Below are positions 11,409 through 23,090 of a stretch of DNA of 64,000 nucleotides, piece by piece. The first letter of the stretch is position 1; each line of letters starts with the position of its first letter. A program made the position numbers and the translations under genes. The notes beneath the pieces are model-generated. The model was not told the DNA's origin, ran no database searches, and worked only from the letters and a program-made list of their open reading frames with translations. Origin of the DNA: Raillietiella orientalis (Eukaryota); assembly GCA_036172245.1 (NCBI GenBank), contig JAYWIR010000007.1, forward strand, positions 2,666,001 to 2,730,000. The letters run 5' to 3'.

Positions 11409-14400
11409 CCTCTCCTGTAGGGTGGACTGGCGTGCGGCTGCAGCAACATCACAGGTGGCTCCTCCCGGAGCGGCGGCGCAGGCTAGCGATACGAGGTGAA
11501 TAGGGTCTGGCGCTGTTCCTGGAGCCGCTGGATAGCTGGCGTGTCTTCCCTCTTGCCTTCCTCGGGCAGACGATGGACTCAAAGGAGGTGGCGGAGGGGG
11601 CGGAAAAGGAGGTGGAGGGGGAGGAGGTGGAGGAGGCGGGAAGAAACGAGGGGGGCGACCTCGAATTCCTGGAGGAGGAGCCGCCCGCTCGGTCAGGGCG
11701 CCTCCCGCACGAAAACCATCCGCGCCCGGGGCTTCCTTCTGGGAGGAACCGCGGGAGAGCGTGGGAGCGACGCGCGCGAACTCGCCGGCTTCTCGAGGGG
11801 GAATGCCGGACGCGCCCGGAGGAGCTCGCCGTGGGGACGCGCGCGGGACCGCCTCCGCCCCGCGCGGCCTCCGCGGACGAGGAGAGATGCGCGCCCCTCG
11901 CGCGCGCGCGCGCGCGCACTGCACAGCGAGGCGTCGGCCCGATTCGATGCGCCTCCCCCACTCGCCGGAGGGAACGGAACCGAGCAGTAAAAGGAGAAGG
12001 GGAGGGGAGGGTATGGGGGCATGGTGGGTCAGCAGGCGAGTGGGCGAGATCCTCCGCACGACCTTGCGCTGTGGGGCTTCTTGCGGTCACAACCGCTCAT
12101 CCTGGGACATGCGGAAGCCGAGCGCTCGCCCCTTGCCGGAGGCCACTACTGTCGGGAGGAGGGAGGGGGAGGGGGTGAGAGAGAGGCAGAGAGAGAGAAA
12201 GAAGGGGGGAGGACGGAAGGTTTCTCCGGGCTCAGGAGCATCCGACCTCTTCCGGAGTGTGGTCTCGACGGCTCCACCCTCCTCCCCGTCTTCTTGTCCC
12301 ATGCTCCTGGCTCCCTTTCGAGAACGAAGAGCAGAGTTCGGACACGGTGAAGGGGAATCTCCTCCGTCCCTCTGCCTCCTTCGGGACGCGCGCCGGCTCT
12401 CCTGGGGGGAGGATTCCAGAACGTTCCTCACTTGGAGAGATCGCGCGCTGCCATCGCCGCCGGGGGCCACGCACACTTCCTCCTCCCGGTACGTCTTTCT
12501 CACGGGCGATCACTCGGCCGTTACACAACCAGCGGCGCGGCGGCGATGGGAGCCGATAAGACGGTGCGGCGTCCGCGGATCCCGGCGCGCACGCGCGCGA
12601 CCGTCGTCGCGGTAGGGCGGGGGTGTGTGCACTCTGCGTCGGGGCAGATGCGCGAGCGCCCTCGGTCACCGTGGGAAGGAGTTGGCGCGTTGCCGGAGAC
12701 GATCCCTCGAGGCAGCGTTGACGGTCAGGAAGCGCACGAAGACCGGCGTGCTGGAGGCCGCAGCAGGCGGAAGGGCGGGACAGTGAGAGGTAGACCTAAC
12801 TCCACCTCTCCTTCCTTACCCCCACCACTCTCACCGATCCTCTCGCGGGTCTCTGACCGGGTCGCCCTTTCTCCCGGAACTCCTGGAAAAGCCCGACCGC
12901 GGAGAAAAAGGCTCGGCCGTCAGGGGGCACCAAGTGAAGGGGATGGGGGAGAAGAAGAGGGTGGGAAAAAGGAAAGAAGTTGGGGGCTTTCCCCAAGGAG
13001 GGTCGCGCCTTGCTCCTGCTCTGCGTCGCGCTCATTTGCCTCCCGCGCACGCTTCACCATCGGACAGCATCCTACTGCGCGCTGTGGACCACCACCGCCG
13101 CCCTTCTGACTTCCGGATGAGCTTCGACCTCACACGCGAAAATTTCTCAAGGGAGTTCCATAGAGAGGGAGAAAGGGGATGATTCGTTCCCACCCACGCG
13201 CAAGAGCTGTGGCTAGCCTGCCACTGGCTCTCGGCAAGTTCACCGAAGGCCCCGGCGGCGGGAGAATCCGCAGTCTACATCTCCAGAGGAGCAAACGAGC
13301 CGGTGATCTGCCTGTCCCCGGAGGCTGACGTTCCTCCACAGATGGGGGACTATCGCCGGCGCTTTGCCAGCAAGGAAGCGACGGGAGTGGAAGCTGCAAA
13401 GGAAAACGCGACATGTCATGGAACGTCTGACAGCATTCCGAGGTCATGGTATGCGGAGGAGAGGGCCCACGGATGACCCGAAGTGGTCGTCTGACGCTCT
13501 GCGGTGCACGTGTGCCATCCTTTCCCGACCCCGCCTCCGTCGCTGAGAGGGTGGTGGCGCGTGCGATACCTGGAAAAAGTGCCATGCTCGCATTCTCCGG
13601 GCAGAGTGGACCCTGCCTCCGAATTGGAGGACTTCCTCTGTACTCTCCTCCAGGGTAGGGAGGTAGAAGATCCCCTCTTCTTGTTTCATCACCTCCCCTC
13701 CAGAGGAGCGAGCGTGGGCACCGAGCGCAATGGGTGAGGTGGATGGTGAAGAGCGCGAGAGGAAGAACCGTGGCATCTGGTGGTCCGCCTCTGGCTCAGG
13801 CCCCATGCATCGAGGGGGCAGCACGTACTGGGTGAGAGAAGGCTTGGATGCCTGCTTCCGCGGTGGGTCCGAACTCTGACCTTTCCTCGTTCCCCCCGAA
13901 TGGACGTACAGCCGCAGCCAACGGACCTTCCTCGACGGCTGTCCATGAGGGTGAGGAGTCGGCAGATGAGCAGGGGGAGGTGGTATCGGAAGCATTCCTG
14001 GTGATCGCCGACCGCGCCATCGCCTCCCGCCCGAGCGCATCCGTCGCAGCATCTGTGTCTTTCTCCCTTTTTCCTTTTTCCTCTTTCCTTCTTTTTTTTT
14101 TTGTTGCGTTGGAGCTGCCGATAAGGAGCTCTTGGCGAGGAAGAGGGGCTCTCGGCTGGAGATAAGAAATCTGCACGAGATGCACGTCGGAGAGAGGAAG
14201 AAGCGACCTCATTGGCATTCCCGTGTTCGCGCTGGCTCGCTCGCGGCAGATGAGCAATCTCCTAGCGCGCGCGACCGAGCCAAAACTCCTGCGTGCGCGC
14301 GTGCGCCGACCGAAATTAGCGGCAGGACGAAGACCCCTGCCCATTCATCACCGCGTCACGAACGACCATTTGCTGCTCCGGGAGGCCATGCCAGGAGGAC

Positions 14401-17400
14401 CTCCGTCATCGCACGCTCCAGGGAGTAGCAGGAGGGAAGGAGGAACCGCGACGAGAGAAGGAGTTTACATGGACGCAACCGCCCTCGAGCGCGAAGGGTA
14501 AGATACGCTCCTCCATCTCTTCACCCACCCCTACACCGCCATCCTCACCCCTTCCCAGCCTTCCTCCGCCTCCCCTGAGGAGGCTAGAACGGAGCGATGG
14601 GACTATAGCGATGCCAGGGCTCCCTGAGCGAGGTCGTTCGGACGAGATGAGCTTGGGGAGCTCCGAGGCGCCGAGTGCCCACTGCGAGCGAGCGCCCTCT
14701 GGCACTGGGGCGTTTCTGCGCCAGTCGGGAAAGGCAGGGAGGGAACTGCAGTGAGAGCAAGGCACGCTCCTCGGATGCTGCTGTCCGAGAATGACCGCGC
14801 TTCCTCGGAGGGCCGGCGAGCCAAGAGGGGATGAAGTTCGGGTCGGGGCAACGACACCCCAGGGACGCATTCAGTGCTTTCCATCGACCTGGACCCACTC
14901 ATGCTTCGAAGAGCACTCTTCGCCTTCCTCCTTCGCTTCCTTATCCGCGGGATCTCATCCTGGATATGGTGCTGGACGAGCTGGGACCGAAACTCGAATC
15001 TCCAAGTTCGCCGCGCACTTGACTGCGACCCCTCTGTCCTGAGCCGGGCCCAGACGCCTGGCTTGGAGGGAAGATCCTTGGGAGATTCCGGACCCCGAGT
15101 TTCCTCTACCCTCCTCCTCTCCCCGTGCGCGCCCTCGCAAGGATGAGACATCGCTACCCTCCCCCCCCTGCCACATGCTCCCAGCGCAGGATGCGAGCTG
15201 CCGCAGTCGGGGCAGCGGGGGCCGCCCCCGTGCCCTCTCACGGAAATTCCCTGCACCGCAAGAGCCGCTGCAGCCCGATCTTGATCTCTGCACGCAGCGA
15301 CGAGAGGGACGAGGTGGAGCACGCTGGACTCTTGGGAGCGGCCGGGCAGCAGGCGAGATCGTGAGAAACATCTCGGTCCGAGCGTTGCATCACTCGAGGG
15401 AAGATAACAATTTCCCAGGATAAGCCCCCTCTCCTTTCCTGGATTCATCCACCTTCTCTCCGGACCGCATCCTTGTCGACGGACGCGAGAGTTTCCTGGA
15501 AGAAGCGCAGCATCGCGAGCAGCAGCCCTCCAAAACGCCCGGGAGGCGCTTTCCGTCAGATGGCGCTGGAGAGAAGTCAGCTCGGGAGATGCACAACGGG
15601 GAGGAGGAGGACGTCCCAGGAAAACCCTCGATAAGGCGGCGCCGAAGCCCTCCCTCGTAATTTTCGGTTTCCCCAGGAGCCGCCTGGTGATCGAGAGGCG
15701 AGCAGTCGCCGGGTCGCGCGCGCGCGAGCCTTCCCGACCGATGGAGCATCTCTACCGTCAGGTCATTCCTTTCTCTCCTTCCTGCGAGTGCTTCCCCCCT
15801 CCCCCACCCGGCGCGCTCGCAGGACCACGGTGTCTCCACCAGGGTGTGTGTGCGCGCGCGTGTGAGGAAGGGGGAGGGGAGGAGAGAGAGTGTCTGGGGT
15901 CGCACCCCAGTCGCACCGACCCAATAATTGATCCTTTCTCCTCCCTGGTCATTCCCTGGCTGTCCCTTTCTTGCCGGATTTGTTCTCCTCCTTCAACCTG
16001 CCAAATTCCATGAAGGGGATTAAATCCACTCGAGCGGGAAGCATTCAGCGCGCTTCCCCGTCCCCTCCTCCCTCTGCCTCGTCCCTCGCCGGAATTCCTC
16101 TGCCTTGTTTTGGACCGGATTTGCAGCCCTGATGTCTCCCTACGGGAGATGGAAGCCCTGCGCGTCCTTTGAACGAGCCCCCCTGTCCCCCCGTGCCGAC
16201 TCTATCGGACGCGTCACTGCCGCCTCCATCACCATATCGGTCCCCCTTACCCGCCCCCTCCCTCCGCCCTCTCCTCTCTCTCCCCTATTCCCGCCGCCTC
16301 CAAACGTCGGAGGGAGGCTGCGCGGGATTCGGGTCTTCCCCGTTCCCCACTCTCCCATTACGCCGCGGTTTTTCCTCCCGTGCGGCGTAATGGACGGGCA
16401 ATTACGGAGAGCGCGCGTGCAGCTCCGTTGACCGCGCGACAGCAGCAGTGGCGTGACCCTCGGCCGTCCGGTTTCATCCCGGTTTTTCCTTGCTGGGGTG
16501 CGTGTCCGCGCTTTTGTCCCATTGCTGGACGCCTCCGTATGCTCTCCGTTTCCTCTGCCTTCCGCACGCCTTGTAGGTCTTCTGAGAAAGTGCGCCCGCG
16601 GCGGAAGCTGCGCGGTGCCTCCTCCTCCCGCGACCCGCGCGGATCTTCCTCGCCGCGCCCTCCTCGGACTCTCGCGCGCCCGCTCGAGGAGGCATTCGGG
16701 AGCTCCGGCGGTGTGCGCCACCGCGGCGAAACGCCCTCCTCCCGGACATTAATCATCGCGCCTCCGTGTGCGCGCGTTTCTCCAGCCTCCCGTAGGGGAG
16801 CGACAATCAAGCGGCGGGGCTTTCACGAGCACCCCCGCCGCCGCCCTCGGACGGGGGTCCCTACTCGGAGGCCGGGGAGCGTCCCCCGGAGTGCTCGATA
16901 GAGGTCTGCCGCGGCGCGAGGGACGGGTGCTCGAGATGGAAGGATGCTGCTCTGCGAGAGGAGGAGGAGCCGCTGTTTCCCCGTTGAGGCACGCGCATGC
17001 GAACTGGAGGGCCGATCGGATGCCTCCAACCAGGAAGGAGACTCTCTTCTCCCTCTCTCCCGCGCTCGCACCTGAAGCCTCCTGGGAGGGAGTCGCAACG
17101 CGCGGTCGCCTCCGGTGCAGCCCCGGCGATTTCCACAGCAGCCGCATCGGTTTCGAAGGATCCAAGACGGATCTTCGCTTCTCTCCCCCCTTCTTCCTTT
17201 CCTTTTTGCTCGCAAAAGACCTCTGGGATCAAGGTGGCCGCACCTTCGCACGAACAAAAAGATGACCTTAGGGTGGCGGCGACTTCCCTCGGCGCTTCGC
17301 AGTGCTCCTGTGAACTTTTCTGCGCGCGCGCAGCTCTCCAATTTGCCCGGAATGACCTTTCGCTGCGAAAGAAGGAAGGAGGGCGATTAGACCGCGTATC

Positions 17401-17975
17401 TCTCCGAGCCCCTGGGGGATCGTCGTCGTTCGCGCTGATCCGGGGGCTCCACTTTTTCAGGAAGGCTGCCTGACTGCCTCGCAGGGGCTCCTCGTGAGCA
17501 CCCCATGCGAGCCCTCTAGCCGCGGGGCAGTTCCTCCCACCTCGTCACCTGCTCCTTCTCTTCCTCCTTTCCATTCTCCTTTCATCCCCCCTCTCTGACT
17601 CAGTTCGTTAGCAGCTGATCCCATGTGCTCGCTTTCTCCATCCAAGGAACGCCACCTTTGTTCTTGCTGCAGGCTCCCACGAGGGGAAGCTGCGACCCAA
17701 CAGGATTTCAGGACCATCTCGTTCCCCCTTCCAGATGGATTTCCCTCTTCCGGCTTAGCGCTGGAACTGCGCCGTGGTTTCGAGTCTCCGCTCCTTTTCC
17801 AGGAAGAGTGCAGGAAGCGCCCGGGGCTGAACTTAAGGGAGGATGGGGATTCTTCTCCACTTCCTTCCACTCGCTATTCGGCTTCTCCTTGCTCCAGGAA
17901 GGATCGGACGAGTTCAGGGAGCTGCCACTGGCCCTCTTCCTCGGTTTTCTGGACGTATGCGAGGGGAAGGGAAGA

Positions 17976-18114
17976 GGGGATTCTGCTGGAGATACCGGAA
18001 GCGACCATTTCTGACCCACACCATCGATAAGGCTTCCTCTACCCCATCCAAGCACAAAGGGGAAGAAACCCAGTTCCGGGAGTCCTTTTCTCCCTCGCAT
18101 CCTTCTCTTCGCGG
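17976..18114 (+). repeat. Dispersed ~140-bp repeat, copy 1 (copy 2 at 20084-20224)
   Basis: Direct repeat GGGG(A/G)TTCTGCT(G/T)GAGATACCGGAAGC...GGGAGTCCTTTTCTC...CGCATCCTTCTCTTCGCGG; roughly 80-85% identical by eye. Confidence 0.9.
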
Positions 18115-20083
18115 TGGCGTCTCGTCGCCATTGATTCCTTTGATTTTCCCTGAGCGCGCCCAGTCGGAGCTCGCCCGAAACTTTTGCTTTCCCACCTGCT
18201 TTTCCTGGGACTTGTGGGATGCGGACCCGCGCGCGATCCTTCGACTCTGCCCCTCCTCCGTCCTGCTCCTCGCCTCTTCCGGTTTCGTGTCTTTCGTCCT
18301 GGTCCTTCGCAGAGCGTGACTCCCCTCTGCTGGTTCGCGTCACCTACCCCCTTTCACACCCTCGCTGCTTCCGATGTGGCGGCAAGGCATTTTAGGGCCA
18401 CAGGGTTTGAAACCAATGAATGAAGAGGGAGCCTCCGCTCCCCTTTTCCGAACGTCCCTCCTTTCCAGGGAAAAAGAGGGAGGAGGAGGGAAAAAGAAAA
18501 AAAAAATGAAAAATTCGTTCCTGGCGACTGGCAGTAGGGCCGCCCTGCTTTCCGTCATCACGATCTGATCTTGCTCGCCCCAGTTGTCAGCGAATTCCCC
18601 GATTCCAGCCGCAGGCCCGACGGAATGGATTGCCTCGCTATTAATAGATCTTAATTGCCGCTGCCGCCGATCGTTCCCACGTTCCTCACTTGAGGAACAC
18701 TCCCGGTTGTCACCGTACCCTCGTCCGAGGAAAGCAGCGCCCGCTCGCGAGCAACTGGGATAATCCTGCTGTCTCCGCCTCCGCTGATCCTTTGCTCCGG
18801 ATCTGGGCCGACAGCCAGCATCCCCCCTGAAACGGACCCCGAGTTGTTTGCTGGCGGAATGCCCGTGGCCATCCTCGTTCTTCGAATTCTTGCATGAGCA
18901 GGCGGTGAGGAGGCGGCTGTCCGCGCCACGTGATAACAAACCGCCCGTGGGCGAAGCGACGGCGACGGGCTGCCTTCTCTTCGGATCAGGGCTCCACATC
19001 CGTTGCTGGGTACCGAGCTCTTCAGTCAGGACGCCGAGACGGAGACACGAAGGAAGGGAGAGTTTCAGTTCTGGAAGCGCCGCAAACCTTCATCTGAGCC
19101 TGCAGATCTGTCAGCGGAACAGTTGGCGTCTTCGGTGTACGACACGACACGTGTACGGGACGCTGACACTGCTGGCAGCCGCAACTCTCCACGGCTCCAT
19201 AGCAACGACGACGATGTCGACCATGTTTCGATGGTTTAATTAAAGTGAAGATGAAAACCCAAGAACGACTTTTCTTGCATCACGCAGAGCTGGGGAGGAG
19301 GCCTCTAGATGGGATCATCCCTGATTCTGTGAAACAAGAGGATGCCCCTAAATAATGCCTCCCATGGACCAATCCCTTAGAACGAATCACTATGTGCTCA
19401 TCCACTACTCCTCCCCAAGTTGTGCCCTCTCAGTTAAGGAAGATGATAAATTCGTGGTGGATGCCTCTGTTCAGATTGAATTTCAAAGATGATTTTTAGC
19501 ATCAGTTTCCTCACCTTTGGAAAAAAAAAAAAAGATTTTTTCTTTAGACTCTCAAGATTTTTCATTCAAAGCTTCTATTTTCGGCAGTGATTCTCTCATT
19601 CTCCCTCTGATCTTCTTTATCTGTGGACTCCCATCCTACTATCCTTTGCTCTTACGGAGATGACGATGTCTTCAAACAGGTAACTGGAACACAAAGGACG
19701 CTACGGGGTTGCCTAGAGACGGACTGGCCTCACCATGGCGACGACAGGGATTTTCCCCTCCGCAGAGAGATCGAGACCTCGGATGGCCGTTCTCTCTGCA
19801 CTCAGCTGGTGCGAGGAATTGAGCAGTGCCGTAGGTAGTGGACTGATTGATACCTCTCAGGCCACAAGGATGGAAAACCGAAACGGCACTGACTCCCACT
19901 CCGCCGCTTGGCAGAAGAGAGATTCGTTCATCTGATATCTGACAGAGTTGCAGTGTCTCTCCTGCTCTGATGAATTTCTTTGCAGCTCATTCTTCTCTTG
20001 TTGAAAGGGGGTTTAACCTCCTGGAAAGTAAGTTGTTGTCCCATCCACTGCTATTTATGGAGCAACTCTGACTGGACAGCCCA

Positions 20084-20224
20084 GGGGGTTCTGCTTGAGA
20101 TACCGGAAGCAACCAGCTCTGTCCCACATCATCGATCAGGTTTCCTCTTCCTCCATCCAAAGCACGAGGGGGGAGAAACCCAACTCTGGGAGTCCTTTTC
20201 TCTCCCGCATCCTTCTCTTCGCGG
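20084..20224 (+). repeat. Dispersed ~140-bp repeat, copy 2
   Basis: Aligns end to end with 17976-18114. Confidence 0.9.
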
Positions 20225-22859
20225 GTTGCGAAGAAAAGGATGCGGGGAAAGATTTCGTCGAAAAGTAGGATTCCTTCTTGACATGAGACGAGATGCTGGC
20301 CAACCAGCCAAGCGGAGAAGTGAGCTGGGAGGCAGACGGCGGAGCAGCAGACCAGACGATCATCGAGGGTGATGCGAGCATCCAATCGGGGGTAAGAAAA
20401 GCAGGAGGACTAAGCTCACTCGTGTTCCTTGTTGATCCAGAACTCCCTTACTGTGCTCCTCAGGAAACACCTTGCGGGTAACAAACATTGTGCACGCGGA
20501 AACTGGGCATCCAGAGATCGATACGATGGTTTTCTGGAAACTGGATATTCTTTGAAAAAAGTATGGTGCGATCCAGAAGTGAACTTTCTCCTTTAACCCT
20601 CGCCCATTCCTGTTTCTTGAGCAATTCTCATGGAGAGAAAGCGAAGATGGACTTGTCGGTGCCGCGTCTCTCGCGTGTCTCGGAGAGAATGGAACAGGAA
20701 GCAGCTTCTCGTATTTTTCGTCTCTCTAGAAACGGAAGAAGCAATCCCAAGATGGATGCCAAAGGGTGGCAAAGAGAAACTCAAGACGGTGATCATGACT
20801 TCGGGCATCTTTCTGCTTGCGCCAAGATCCGAAGATGGAATCCATGCCAGAGCTCACACGTGCGTCGAGGATCGGGATCGGCGTCCTGATTTGTGGTCCA
20901 AAAGCGGGAGCAGATGCGACATCTTTCGCTCTTGTCTCTTTCCTCTCATAAAGAAGTGAAACCTTTCTCTCTCTCCGTTTCTCTATGGAGGCCACTTTTG
21001 TCAAAATCTCCTTAGGGGATTTTCGGAATGAGTCTCCTCGTGAAGTAAATAATCTCTTTTGCTAATGTGGACGGTGGTCGTCGCCAAGGTGCTTTCGGCT
21101 AATCACGGAGAATTCTCAGAAAGGTATGCGTGCGTGTATGGGTGTTTTTTTTTTTTTTTGGTCAGACGTTTTTCACATTCTTTCGAATTCTCTTCAGCGA
21201 AATGGGAGACCTTAGTTTCTCAACTCTGGGTAGCCATCTCTTCAAAGATCGAACCCTCTTTCACCCTCAGATCTTCAAGAAAGCCGTTCATGCATTCGCG
21301 AATTCTGAAGATTGCTGTGGCTACAGTCTTGTTGGCTGGCTGCCAACCATCTTCCGAGTTCATTGTTGCACATCTTCGTGGGATGATTCTATTGGTTTAC
21401 CCATGGAAAATCGACCGATTTGGTGCCCTTCCGCGATTTGATTGTCCACACGGCGGCGGTCGCATTCGGTTCCCTGTAGGCCTTCTCCTCTACAACGCCA
21501 TTTTTAAAAAAGAGAGCGGGAGAAGTGTTCGGAACCCGGAGGGTGACGTTACATCCGCACGACGACCTGAGAAGAAATGAGAGTTTCGCATTGTGTTCAA
21601 GCAACTTCTGATGCGCCGTGAGGCCTCGATCTCAACACGCAATCCAGAAGGAGGCGAGGATTTGGAGAGAAGGAGCGGGAAGGGTGAAGAAGTGATCCTC
21701 CGATGACTAAGAACCTCCACCACCTATGGGCAAACACCTGCGAGAAACTCAACGTGCACCATGGAACGTTAGGAAACCGGGCCCGAAATGAGACGCAAAA
21801 ATTGGTGGCAAAACACAAAGGCAGTCTTCACGGTTACAAATTGAATGGTCGCCGCGGTCGGACGGCTGGAGTCCTTCCGAGGCTGGGCTTTGCCTTGCGT
21901 TTCCGTACAGCCTCGCGTTCTCGGCAGGGATGATTTTTTTCCCCTCGGCGCTCGCATCGCAAACATTTGGCTCGCGTTCGTGAATGCCAGGTATCGCCTG
22001 TTCCAACAGAATTCGTCTTCAGCGTGTATCTGAAGATGATGGTATGCCTTGACGACAGCCTGGAGCGGGGTGCGTTTGCATGGAACAATCATCTAGTCCT
22101 CATGCAGGCAAAGCATGTTTGGTTTGGTCCACGGACTGTTTCTGAAGGAGAGGATGCGCGAGCCATTCCTGACAGCAAATGGTCTCCAGTGGAAACAACA
22201 GAGGTAATTGAGTTATCTTTTTCTAAGATAGCGCTCAGAAAAATCTCAACGGCAGAGGAGTCGCCTGCAAGCCAGCGCCACGAGGATTCTGCTGGAAAGG
22301 ATTCTCGAAATCGATCACCCTTGTTTACTCAGAGCTTGGAGACCTTGATTTGTCTGGAACCTCCCTGTAGATGATTGAGATCAGGTCAAACGCATCCATT
22401 TCGATGTCATTGCACCCAAGCTTCCCAAGAGAATAAGGAGTTACTTTTTCCCTTTCCTTCTTCTTAGGGATCTCTTCAGACTCGACCTTCAGATGCTTCT
22501 GTCGTCCCAAGTTTGGAAGCGAACAGGAGGAGACGGGTGGTGGCCAAGGGATTTGGGGACGGCATCGAGAGGAACTCAGAAAAAGAACTGAACATGATGT
22601 CACTTCTGTAACGAAGGCCGATTTCTCCTACCGCAAGTCCTCATTTAAAGTCCCTCACGAAGAAAAGTCACGGCTTCCAGGATTGCGGAGGATTCCCGCA
22701 TGGCAGTCGCCTGTCGTAAAGACAACGGAATGATTGGCTCGCGGAGATTGCCCAGCGGCCGGCTGCATCCTCGACGGAATTCTGCCTTGGAACAAAAAAA
22801 GTTGGAAACTAACAAACCCATAAACAAATGTGGAGGAGTCGCCGTGTTGTGACTCCTGG

Positions 22860-23090
22860 GAATCAGATGGCTCTTGTAAGTCTGAAAAGAGCGCGTTTAG
22901 GGCGTCCGTGGAACCAAAGACAAAAACCAATGAAAGAAGGGATTTGGAGGCATTCGTAGTAGCTGAAGGCAGCAGGCGCGACATGTAGTTTCGAATATTA
23001 TAGCGTGTAATTGGGTCTCAAGTAGGGTCGTCGAGAAAGGGGATTAGCCGAATGACGGGGTCTTCGCATAAAGGAAAATTTCACAACACT
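22860..23090 (-). mobile_element. Possible decayed 3' end of an APE/RNase H-type LINE
   Basis: Minus-strand CEDPVIRLIPFLDDPT*...LLSLVFVFGSTDALNALFSDLQE resembles the Cys-knuckle plus LxxxLG...LFxFLxE tail of LINE ORF2. Confidence 0.3.

Noticed and set aside
21165..21200. Minus-strand CTGAAGA-GAATTC-GAAA resembling a minimal hammerhead ribozyme core
   Set aside because: No helix III/NUH cleavage triplet and no helix I pairing found; other CTGANGA hits also lacked the full core.
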